Assembly (NCBI RefSeq): GCF_035084215.1
Contig: NC_090353.1
Span: 10,168,001 to 10,232,000, forward strand
Reading direction: 5' to 3'
Source of the DNA: Heptranchias perlo
Lineage: Eukaryota
DNA length: 64,000 nt
The notes under the pieces are model-generated. The model was not told where the DNA came from, ran no database searches, and saw only the letters and a program-made list of their open reading frames with translations. A program made the translations under genes and the position numbers. Below are positions 27,186 to 38,470 of the stretch, one piece after another. The stretch's first letter is position 1. Each line of letters opens with the position of its first letter.

Positions 27186-27894
27186 GATATTGAGTGAGGA
27201 TAGGATCAGGCTCGGCTATGATGACTCCTACATTGAAATAGCCTGGTGACAATCACTGTCTATCAAACGTGAAGAATGGCAACGGGTAAGATACTGGAGA
27301 GCTACTGGTGCCTGTCAATTTGTAGCTCACTATATAAGTCAGTGCCTTCAGGAGAGGAGGGGAGAGAAAAAATCACTCAACTAATCAAGTGTGTTATGTG
27401 TTATTGTAGGAAGCTATGCACCCAATCTGCTCATCTCTGTGATTGTAAGAACACTTCAGTTTCTCCCTTAGTGTTGAATTGCTAGGGCAAAAGGGAACTT
27501 AACCTTTATCAGCTTGTTTAGTAGGGAGAACATGGTATTCATTAGAAAAAATACCATGGAGGGAAGGAGATGTAACTCAAGTTTTAAACTCATGAAGATG
27601 ATCATTAGTGTGGTGTGAAATTGTTTCCTGTATGGTGAGTTCCTATTCTCAGCTGCTGTCCAGGGAAAGAAGAGCCCGGTATAGACAGGAAGGGGTCGGG
27701 ACTCCACACAGCTTAGATAGTCCGCTCCGCCCACACCTCCTTGGCAAAAGCTATGTTGGATGTGTGCCTATGTGGATAGGGGTGAGGATAGGATTGGGCA
27801 TGCCTCTGGTGCCCTCTTTCCCCACTGGGTCAAATAGCCTGCTGAAACTTTTTTAGGCTCATACATAAAAAGTGGCCACATGTGTGACATACAC

Positions 27895-28550
27895 ACGCCA
27901 GCAGTGCACACAGGGCACCATCGGTACACACAGGGCACCAGCAGAATGCACTGGGCACCATTGGTACACATGGCACCAGCAGAACGCATAGGGCACCAGC
28001 AGTATACACAGGGCACCAGCAGAACGCACAGGGCACCAGCAGAACGCACAGGGCACCAGCAGAACGCACAGGGCACCAGCAGAACGCACAGGGCACCAGC
28101 AGAACGCACAGGGCACCAGCAGAACGCACAGGGCACCAGCAGAACGCACAGGGCACCAGCAGTATACACAGGGCACCAGCAGAACGCACAGGGCACCAGC
28201 AGAACGCACAGGGCACCAGCAGAACGCACAGGGCACCATCGGTACACACACGGCACCAGCAGAACGCACGGCACCATCGGTACACATGGCACCAGCAGAA
28301 CGCATAGGGCACCAGCAGTGTACACAGGGCACCAGCAGAACGCACAGGGCACCATCGGTACACACAGGGCACCATCGGTACACACAGGGCACCAGCAGTA
28401 CGCACGGCACCATCGGTACACATGGCACCAGCAGTGTACACAGGGCACCAGCAGAATGCACAGGGCACCATCGGTACACAGGGCACCAGCAGAGCACACA
28501 GGGCACCATCGGTACACACAGGGCAGCATTGTGCATATGGGGCACCAATG
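27895..28550. repeat. Minisatellite, 20-bp unit gggcaccagcagaacgcaca with variants
   Basis: Perfect tandem units 28011-28240, degenerate toward the edges. Confidence 0.97.
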
Positions 28551-29019
28551 ATATACGCAGTGCAGTGTTGGTACATAAGCACGAACGATATACACGGGGC
28601 TGCATTGTTACAAAGGCACTAGCAGTATACACCGGGCAGCACGGCACCCCGGGCACCTGCAGGTTGGAGTGCATTACGGCAATGGGAGAATTCGTACTGC
28701 AGCAGGTGAATCGTGGGCTGGGGTTTTTGGCTACTTCACTTGTTAACCCACAACTTTCTGCCCATGAAAATGAGTGGGTGTAAAATCATGGCTGGTGAGC
28801 ACCCACGAAAACTCCAGCCATGGATTGTTTGAGTGCATTTTTTGTAGGACTTTTTTTGTTATATTTTCCCAGTGCAGAAACTATCGGTAACGGTGTTAGA
28901 TTATTGTATCACTAATCACATTCTTGCACATCTCTGGTAAAATGATTTCAAATGATTGCAGTAGGTTTTTGATGTCCCTTTCTGTGATGTGTGGAAAAGT
29001 GTGAATTGTTACTTGTTTT

Positions 29020-29325
29020 GTGGGGGAGTCCAAAACTAGAGGCCATAAATATAAGATAGTCACTAATAAATCCAATAAGGAATTCAGGAGACGCTTCTTT
29101 ACTCAGAGAGTGGTTAGAATGTGGAACTCGCTACCACATGGAGTAGTTGAGGCAAATAGAATAGATTTAAGGGGAAGCTAAACAAGTGCACAAGGGAGAA
29201 AGGAATAGAAGAATATGCTGATAGAGTTAGATGAAGTAGGGTGGGAGGAGGCTCTTATGGAGCATAAACGCCGGCATAAACCAGTTGGGCCAAATGGCCT
29301 GTTTCTGTGCTGTAAATTCTATATA
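29020..29325 (+). mobile_element. CR1 LINE 3' fragment
   Basis: Same family as 26770-27185; 3' UTR hairpin and tail. Confidence 0.8.
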
Positions 29326-30649
29326 ATTCAATTTAACCACCTGCTTGACATGGAGATATGAACACAGATTTTACTTTTCTCTCTCCTGAAAGCGTGCACT
29401 TGGACATGCCTCAGTTGCTCTCCAATTCCTCACCCGAGAGGCTATTACTCGTGCTCGAGACTGTGGGTTTAGGCAGACTGCTCCCCCGTGGGAAGGAAGC
29501 ATCACACCCTAAATCCAGGCTCACCCATTTCCAGCAGTGACTGCTGTTTGACTGTCAATGGGAACCCTGACCGATTCTTCCCTTCCCTACCTTGTGGGGG
29601 CTGAGGACAATTGCAGCTCTCTGACTGACCTCGAGTAACAAAGCGGACCGGGGAGTGAACCTGGAGCTTTCCTGGTCTCTCTGGTTCGGGAACTTTCCAT
29701 CTGAATTGTAGGTTTGAATGAAACCCAGTGCGAAGAAATGAGCAAAAATGAATTTGCACAGAGCCCTGAAAAGAGGAATAGGAAGGAACCCCACAATATC
29801 ACAATTATATTCAAATACTTGAGTGTGCATAACAATGCACCAATGTTTTCTGTGAATTTCTATTAAAAGGTACAGAGCATTCTTAACTCAATCTGCAGAA
29901 AATTGATTAAAACATTTCATTTTAAGGTGAATTAAATTTTGAAATTCTTCTGCCTTTAATTAGTTAATCATTTAAAAGAACATATTTTTGGTCATTTTTC
30001 ACCCTTTCCATTTTTCAGGTCCTTTGTGCCCAGTTTTCTCCCCTCCTGTCCTGAAGGCGCTGACCCATGCTGGTGTACTAATTCCACGGGTGACAGCAGC
30101 CCCCGCCAGGGAGCTCACCCGGCTGCCCTGTGAGTCTAGGCAGTGAGCATTGGGTCTGTTCCATGACCGGCACTCCATCCGAGCCCAATCTGTCCTCACC
30201 CAAGGTCCATAAACATGCTTTTCAGCAGGGGTCAGCAGATAGCAATTTGGGCAGGAAGCCCAGAGATTTCTCCTCTCCCTAACCGGTGGATGCTGATGTC
30301 AATTTTAAAACCCTGGGTGTGGTTAGCTAACTCGACATAGACCAAGGGGTGAACGTGGCACCTTCTGGTCTGTACGATACCACATTTATCAACTGAGGCA
30401 TTAGCGGGATCTTTTTTGTGCCCGTCCTTGTATCTAACTCCACTGACAGGCCAGGCAGGTGACCCCGTTGCAAGACCACCACTAGGAAATGCAGGACAAC
30501 ATCCAGATGATTTTCCCTCCCTATGGGGAATCACCTGGAATCTCACCTGATACCACAGCTGAGATAGGGAATTCTGGATTTCAAATTTTGTCTCACACTG
30601 TGTTGCATAATCCATTGGAACACCAGCATGTGACACCCTTCCACACATC

Positions 30650-30855
30650 ATAGAATCAATGAATTATACAGCACAGAAGGAGGCCATTTGGCCCATCATA
30701 TCTGTGCTGGCTCTTTGTAAGGGCTAGCCAATTAGTCCCATTCCGCTGTTCTTTGCCCATCACCTTGCAAATTTTCAAGTATATATCCAATTTCCTTTTG
30801 AAAGTTACTATTGAATCTGCTTTGACCACCTTTATATGCAGTGCATTCCAGATTG
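30650..30855 (-). mobile_element. CR1 LINE 3' end
   Basis: cagcacagaaggaggccatttggcccatc, the reverse of the CR1 3' UTR. Confidence 0.7.
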
Positions 30856-31636
30856 GGTTGAATTTTTTTTTAATTGTTTCTCCCTTTTAAACAAAGCTTT
30901 TCTTTCCTCCTTTCCTCCCCTGAAGGTGCTGACTCTTCTACAGGTGCTAGTTGAAGTATCTTGGCCAAGTGCTAGCTACTTACGTGTGAGGAAGGCAGCG
31001 AGTGTCCACCCATCCCTGCTGAGCCTGATCTTGTGCTCACCTGTCTTCCCATTAGCCGTCTGGAGCAGGAACCCTGGGTGATTGTCCCCTCTGCTGAGCT
31101 CAAGTAAGTACTTCAACTACCATCAGCCGAATCGATGAAGACCGAGGATCCAACCTGGTACCTTCCTGTATGATAGGTCCTACAGCAGACAATGCAGCTA
31201 CAGTCTGGGCCATTGGGCCAACTTGGACAGGATTATTCAAAGTGACTCATTTACTTCAGGCTGAAACCAGTGAGCCCTGAGAGAAAGAGAATGAATGAAG
31301 GTTGACATTTACTGATCGATAACAGCTACACAACAAGTAGGACTCTGTAAATAAAGATTATAACTGAAGATTGTGTGAAAAATAAGAAGCAGCCCATTGC
31401 ATGGATTAATTTTTTCCACCCCCACCATTTTGGAGTTACTGAATATTCCAATGCAGAATTGCATCAAGAGCCCAAAATATTGCAAAAAACCCTGAAAATA
31501 ATGGAAAATACAAGAGAGAATAAAAAGTTAATTTGAAGGACTCCGTTTTGGATCTCTAAATGAACATTTTCTGATGTGAGCTCCGGTTATGCAGTACCTC
31601 ATTTTTGCTACAAATCAGATGTGTAAAACTTCAATC

Positions 31637-31921
31637 TTAACAGTCGGATTGTGCGTACTGCTGTGCGAAGCTGTCCCTTGTTGAACTGCACAGGAGGAGT
31701 GCACATTCCCACTGCTCCAGTCAGTGCCGGGGACCCTCAGGTAACTGCTGAGACTGAAAGTGTTGTCCGTGTTCCGCGACACCGCGCTACTTTGGAATTC
31801 ACTGCTCGTCAGACTGCCATCGACTGTCCAGCTGTCCACAAGGTCCATGGACAGTTTGCTTTAGTGTACGTCTCGGCTGAAGGCCCAAGCAGTTTTGCTG
31901 AAGGGTCAGGGAGTTGCTGAG
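31637..31921 (-). pseudogene. Orphan Ig sigma C pseudo-exon
   Basis: Same splice acceptor and clear homology to C-A/C-B (SWTVDG, DNTFSLSSYLRVPGTDWSSG, CAVQQG), but a ~28-nt deletion removes the first Cys (TLVCLV) and shifts frame; second frameshift near the 3' end. Confidence 0.92.
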
Positions 31922-32721
31922 CTGCAATAGGAACCAGAGAAAACATGGTGATGAAATAAATTCACAATGTAAATGTGTTTTACTGTGTTGCAGTCTGCAA
32001 TGCACTGCATGCTATCCACTCCCCCGTTGTAGCTTACAAGTGTCCCAATTGAGCAGGAACAATTCGGATCGCCTGTGCTGGCTCCCAACTTCTGATGTTA
32101 CAGGAAAACCTCCCACTTACACTTCTTTATTGCTCTGTCTGGAACAGTTGGTTAACCTGCAAGTTATGGCTGTTGAGTTTCTTTCTTTTGCACCTACACC
32201 ACACCATCTGCACTGCCTACTAACCAGTCCAAAAAAACCACACACACAGTGAGGTTAATGCAGTAATTCAATCGGTGTAACTCTGCTGCATTAACAAACT
32301 ATCTGAGTTTCACTCTTGGAATTTGCAGCTTTGTCAAGTGAAACTGTTGGTTTGTATTGTGACCTCCCATGGCATTGTACATGATATGTTAGAGAACATA
32401 GAGTCTCTCTTAGCTGCGTCAGTAATATTCATGTTGCTGTTTTTCTTCTGCTGCAGTCTCTCCTGTGCATCTCTCCTGCTCCTCTTCCTGTCTTTTCCTT
32501 CTTTCTTTTTGGGTGGGAAGTAATGGGTGGCCTAGCATGGTATGGTGGGGAAACAGAAAATAGGAGCAGGAGTAGGCTATTTCTGGCATAGAATGGTTGC
32601 TGGGGCCGACCTTGAGGTGGGAGATCATTTTAAAGGTCAGTGAATTGTATAGGTATGAGCTTCAGGCAATTACTGAGCCATTTTGGTAGAAAAAAAGTGT
32701 TTGTTTTCTCATCCTGGCACT

Positions 32722-33340
32722 TCATAGTATCATAGTAGGTAGAGCACAGGAGGAGGACGTTCGGCCCATCGTGCCTGTGCCAGCTTTTTGAAAGAGCAAT
32801 CCAATTAGTCCCATTCCCCTGCGCTTTCCCCATAGCCCTGTAAATTTTTTCCCTTCAACTATTTATCCAATTCCCTTTTGAAAGATACTATTGAATCTGC
32901 TTCCACTCTTTCAGGCAGTGCGTTCCAGATCATAACAACTCACTGCATAAAGAAATGTTTCCTCATGTTGCTTCTGATTCTTTTGCCAATCACCTTAAAT
33001 CTGTGTCCTCCGCTTACTGACCCTTCTGCCACTGGAAACAGTTTCTCCTTATTTACTCTATCAAAACCATTCATGATTTTGAACACCTCTATCAAATCTC
33101 CCTTAACCTTCTCTGTTCTAAGGAGAACAACCCCAGCTTCTCCAATCTCTCCACATAACTGAAGTCCCTCATCCCTGGTACCATTCTAGTAAATCTCTTC
33201 TGCACCCTCTCTAAGGCCTTGACATCCTTCCTAAAGTGCGATACTCCAGCTGAGGCCTGACCAGTGTTTTATAAAGATTTAGCATAACTTCCTTGCTTTT
33301 ATATTCTATGCCTCTATTAATAAAGCCCAGGATCCCATAT
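32722..33340 (-). mobile_element. CR1 LINE 3' fragment
   Basis: Reverse complement of the ORF2 end and 3' UTR seen at 15530-16110. Confidence 0.85.
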
Positions 33341-33620
33341 GATTATCAATCAACTGTTGACTCTTTATTTTCTTCATCCAGCAAGAGACAACTTGTCCTA
33401 AAACACTAAGGTGCCGGACAGCCCAATTTTACATTGGAGGCGTTTGGGGGACAGGGAGCCACTGTAGGTCAGCAGGAGCAGGGGCGATTGGTGAATGGGA
33501 CCTGGTGCAGGATATAATACAGGGAGCGGTGTTTTGGATGAGCTGAGGTTTATGGAGGGTGGAGGATGGGAGGTCGTCCAGGAGAGCATTGGGATTGTCA
33601 AGTCCAACTGTCAAGTTTCA

Positions 33621-33752
33621 CATCGTTCACCTGACGAAGGGGGAAGCCTCCGAAAGCTTGTGAATTTAAAATAAAATTGCTGGACTATAACTTGGTGTTG
33701 TAAAATTGTTTACAATTGTCAACCCCAGTCCATCACCGGCATCTCCACATCA
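33621..33752 (+). mobile_element. Penelope-like solo terminal repeat
   Basis: Ends in ccagtccatcaccggcatctccacatca; absent from the paralogous site at ~47705. Confidence 0.85.
33626..33664 (+). ncRNA. Minimal type I hammerhead ribozyme motif
   Basis: TTCAC-CTGACGA-A-GGGGG(AAG)CCTCC-GAAA-GC-TT-GTGAA; 5-bp stem I, 5-bp stem II with one G-U pair. Confidence 0.75.
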
Positions 33753-33934
33753 TAGTCAAATAGCTCACTCAAATGGGACAGCGAATCAGAAACGTAAGCA
33801 CAAATAGGACTGATTTGCCTGGGCTTCTAGTGCTAGAATGCAATGGCTCAGGAGCCACATCTGGCCCATGGGATACAGTTTTGACATCCCTAATGTACGT
33901 AACAAAAGCCTCGCCTTACATAATCCTTCCTTCT

Positions 33935-34790
33935 CAACAGCAAAAAAACTTGCATTTATATCGTGCTTTTAAAGTAGTAAAATGTCCCATGGTGCTTCTC
34001 AGGAGTGTAATCAAACAAAAATTTGATACCGAGTCACGTAACGAGATATAAGGACAGCTTGGTCAAAGAGGTAGGTTTTAAGGAGCCTCTTAAAGGAGGA
34101 GAGAGAGGTAGAGAGGCTGGGAGGTTTCGGGAGAGAATTCCAGAGCTTAAGGCCTAGGCTGTTGAAAGCACGGCCACAAATGGGGAGCGATTAAAATCGG
34201 GGATGTGCAACAGGCCAGAATTGGAGCAGCACAGAGATCTCGGAGGGTTGGAGGACCGGAGGAAGTTACAGAAAAAGGAAGGGGCAAGGCCACGGAGGGA
34301 TATGAAAACCAGGATGAGAATTTGAAGATCGAGATGTTGCCAGACCGGGAGCCGATGTAGGTCAGGGAACACAGGGGTGAAGGGTGAACGGGACTTGGTG
34401 CGAGTTAGGACACGGGCATCAGAGTTTTGAATGAGCTCAAGTTTCCGGAGGGTGGTAGATGGGAGGCCGGTGAGGAGAGCATTGGAATAGTCGAGTCTGG
34501 AGGTATCAAAGGCATGGCTGAGGATTTCAGCTGCAGATGAGCTGAGGTGGGGGCGGAGTCGTGCGATGTTACGGAGGTGGAAATCAGCGGTTATGGTGAC
34601 GGAGAAGATATGGGATCGGAAGCTCAGCACAGGGTCAAATAGGACGACAGTCTGGTTCACCCACAGACAGTGACCAAGGAGGGGGATGGAGTCAGCGGTT
34701 GGGGAACGAAGTCTGTGGCGAGGACCGAAGACAATGGTTTCGGTCTTCCCAATATTTAATTGGAAGAAATTTCTGCTCATCTGGCAGGGG
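33935..34790 (-). mobile_element. L2 LINE 3' fragment
   Basis: NFFQLNIGKTE, FHLRNIARLRP, SRLDYSNALL, LELIQN: L2 ORF2; (ttg)n-like tail. Confidence 0.9.
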
Positions 34791-36859
34791 TATCGGACAA
34801 GCAAACAAATCTCAGAGTTCAGAAATATAATGATGAACCGTAAAACCTTGCAGTTTATCATCTGATGAGCTTTCAGTGGCATCCACCTGGGACACCTCCA
34901 ATATTTCATTTCCTGGCAGGAACAAATAACCATTAATTAGTTTATGAAATTGCCTACTTAACAACAACTGCACTTCATTGTAGTCCATTTGTTCTAAAGT
35001 GCTTCGGGTTTTCCTGAAGACAAGATAATGTGCTCATTATGATTTTTGGTTTTTTTTCTGCTAGCGTTATAGAAGTGATCCCAGAACAGAACACTGAGAG
35101 ACACCACTTCCAAATACTCTTAGAAACTGCCCTTAGCTCCTAAAATCTGCTTCCTCCCTTCTAACCATTTTTAATCCAATTAACTAACCTCTCCTTATTC
35201 CATTATCCTGTAATCTTCTCCAAAAGTCTCCTGTGATATCTTGTCAAAGGCTTTCTGAAAGTCCAAGTACACCACCTCCATTACATTTCCCCCAATCACC
35301 ATATCTGAGCTCCCCAAAGACTTGGTGCTGGAATATGAATAGCAGTCATTTTAAAAACTGTTTATGTACGGTGACTAGATTTAAAGGAACAGTTCCCAAA
35401 ACAAAACGAAACAAAAATACAGTGGGCCCATAATCCCAAACCGTGACCCTAACGATGGTGGAATGGGAATTGTGCACTGACCCAAGAGCCTGACCCCACC
35501 GAGCTCCTGAGGTCAGTTAATTTACGGCACCGACACCCATGTCAGTATCAGCGCATCTCAGACGTGGTCTGGAGGGGAGCACAGCAAAATATGTCATTGG
35601 CCAGGCTCTTTGGGGTGAAGCTGGTTGGTCCGAGTATCAAAAGCTCAGACGGTTTGAAATCAGCCCCTATTATAGGAGGGTCCATCTCATCGTGGCCACA
35701 ACTTCAGCATTGGAGTGTTCCAAGCCATTAAGATAGCCTGGAACAATCTTGTGGGCAACCCACCCACCCCCAGTATCTTAACAGCATACGGGATGTTGGG
35801 GTTCAGGAGGCAGGGCTCCAGGAGACAACCCCATCCCACCAGTCCCACTTCCTTTTAATACCTCAGGCTGCCAGGGGGTGGATGCGACTACTGGCCATCG
35901 TAGCCCCCAGAGGAAATCCCCACGGTCGCATCTTCTGGGCAGACACCCAGTTGCCAAGTCCAATCCCCCCATTTCCTGCCTCCACCTGTCATTGCCCACC
36001 CTGATTACACTGCTAGTCCGCACAAGGCCCTGAGGAAATAATTAACTGCAAAAGTAGATAAATTACTCACTGTGAACAAAAAAACTCCAGTCCTCCATCA
36101 GCTCAAACCTTGCTTCAGGCCAAAGCAGGCCAGGATCCTTGAGCTGTCACGCACCCACTTTATACCGGCAAGGTGGAAGCTGGGAGTTGAGCTTCACCAA
36201 ATGTGGTGAAATTTGAGTGTATTTAAATAATTATTCTCTTAGAATGAGGGTTCTGTTTGCCAGTAACGTGGCCTTGCAAAATTTGATATGTTTCACATCA
36301 GTTATGCGAAAACTGTGAGGACTCAAACCCTTGTGTGTCTTACAGGCTCATTTCCCTCCTCAACTGTGTTGTAAAACACCACCCAATGTCATGGCCATCT
36401 GACTGGACCCATCGAGTTCTAGGTAGACAACAGCAGCTGATAATTCAAAGTAGTGAAACAACAGGGACACACCTAATCTAAGGCTCTTCCTGCAGGTCAA
36501 TTAAGCTTTGAACAATGCTGAGTGGAATTTCCTGGCCCCATGTTGAACAAATGGTCTTTCGTGATGCATTCAGACAATGGATCAAAATCCTTTATTCCCA
36601 CCGCTCATCCTTGATGACCATTATTTGCTAAGGCTTCACTGCACTCTCTGGAGAAGAGCCAGAAAGGACCTTGATCCCTGTCTGTTTCCTCTGACTGTGG
36701 CCATTTAGAATATTATTCTTGTTTCTCCCGTCTCGCACTTCTGGGCAGGACACCTAAAACAGTCTTGTTCTCAGATACGTGAGGTTAGATTAAATTTCCA
36801 TTCTTATTCCTCCTAAGCTCCAAATAATCTGTCCTCCTGTCCCTTTGCCCTTCCTGAAC

Positions 36860-37435
36860 CTCTAGACTATTCCAATGCTGTCCTGGCTGGCTTCCCATCA
36901 TCCACCCTCCATAAACTTCAGCTAATCCAAATGTCTGCTGCCCGTATCCGAACTCCACCAAGTCCCGTTCACCCATCACCCCGGTGCTCACTGACCTACA
37001 TTGGCTCCCGGTCCGGGAACGCCTCAATTTTAAAATTCTAACTTTTGTTTACAAATCCCACCGATGGCATCGATCCCCCCCCCCCCCCCCAATCTATGTA
37101 ATCTCCTCCAGCCCTACAACCCTCTGAGATCTCTGAGCTCCTCCAATTCTTGCCTCTTGTGCATCCCCGATTTTATTTGCTCCACCATTGGCAGCCATGT
37201 CTTCAGCTGCCTAGGCCCAAAGCTCTGGAATTCCCTCCCTAAACCTCTCCGCCTCGCTACCTCTCTCTCCTCCTTCAGACACTCCTTAAAACCTACTTCT
37301 TTCACCAAGCTTTTGGTCACCTTCTTTGGTGGCTTGGTGTCAAATTTTGCTTGATAATGCTCCTGTGAAGCACCTTGGGACATTTTACTACGTTAAAGGC
37401 ACTGTATAAATGTAAGTTTATGTTGTTGTTGTTGT
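36860..37435 (+). mobile_element. L2 LINE 3' fragment
   Basis: CLGPKLWNSLP and 3' UTR gtgaagcaccttgggacatttt...(tgt)n. Confidence 0.85.
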
Positions 37436-37744
37436 GTGTCTCTGTGTTGAAATGAAGAGCCATCACACAATCGCCCACTTTAACTCATTCTCTCTAGGAT
37501 CTCAGAAATGAGGAACTCCTTCCCTCCATCAGCCTCTCCTTGCTCCTACAATCTAAAGGTTTCAAACCCCAATGTTCTCATCACTTTCTTGAGCTACTTC
37601 GCGGATGCACGGAAACAGGACCAGAATTGGAGCAAAGTGTTGGGTCTCCTCATGTCTCGACCACTTTTCTGGTGTCAATGATGGGGAGGAGCACACAAGC
37701 TGACAAAACACACACACTTGGGTAAGTTTCCTGCACAGGTTCTC

Positions 37745-37750
37745 TTTATT
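37745..37750 (-). terminator. poly(A) signal of cluster A
   Basis: AATAAA ~400 nt after the C stop, followed by a GT-rich tract. Confidence 0.75.
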
Positions 37751-38147
37751 GGAAGTTATGAGCAATGACAGTCATTGTCAGTTTGATGCTGTTGGCAGAT
37801 CATGAACAATCTTCATTAATTATTTTCATTAAATCCAGCATTGGTGCTGAGCAAAGAACCCATTTGAAGTGAAATTCCTGATTAGAGCCACTTTAACCCT
37901 CGTGTAGTCTCTTGTAATGGGAGAAATGAGCAAAACCTCCATCAGGTACAAAAACACTTCAAATAATACAGCAGAACCACACAAAGCCAAACAGAAGCAC
38001 AAAATGCAGCAGATACCAAGGGTAACAGGGTAGATGATGGCAGGGTGGGGGGGAAGTGGGGTAAATGGGTACTAGAAGGGGTGGGGGAAAAGAGGTGACG
38101 AATTCCCCACTAATCTGGCAGCAAACTCAAGTGAAGCTTCAATCTAT

Positions 38148-38470
38148 TTAACAGTCGGATTGTGTGACCGTTGCGGATGTTTGTGAAGCTGCTCCTTGTT
38201 GAACTGCACAGGAGTACACCTTCCCACTGCTCCAGTCAGTGCCGGGGACCCTCAGGTAGCTGCTGAGACTGAAAGTGTTGTCCGTGCTCCGCGACACCGT
38301 GCTGGTTTGGACCTCACTGCTCGTCGGAGTCCCATCGACTGTCCAGCTGACCCCAGTGAAGCCCATGGACAGTTTGCTGACCAGGCAAACTAACGTGCCT
38401 TCTCCTTCAGTGGACATCTCCTCAGCTGAAGGCCCAAGCAGTTTTACTGAAGGGACAGGGAGTTCCTGAG
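38148..38470 (-). CDS. IgL: Ig light chain sigma cluster A, C exon
   Basis: Acceptor ttttctctggttcctattgcag; C1-set domain (TLVCLV, VSW, FSLSSYL, W...YSCAV) ending in Cys-TAA as in light chains. Confidence 0.95.

Noticed and set aside
27768-28783. Cys/Val-rich and His/Gln-rich ORFs; array superficially CRISPR-like
   Set aside because: Products of a 20-bp minisatellite; no unique spacers, eukaryotic context, no cas genes
32245-32251. CACAGTG ~320 bp upstream of the pseudo-C as a vestigial J or deleting element
   Set aside because: No nonamer at 12 or 23 nt, no FGxG frame or clear donor; lies at the end of a CA run
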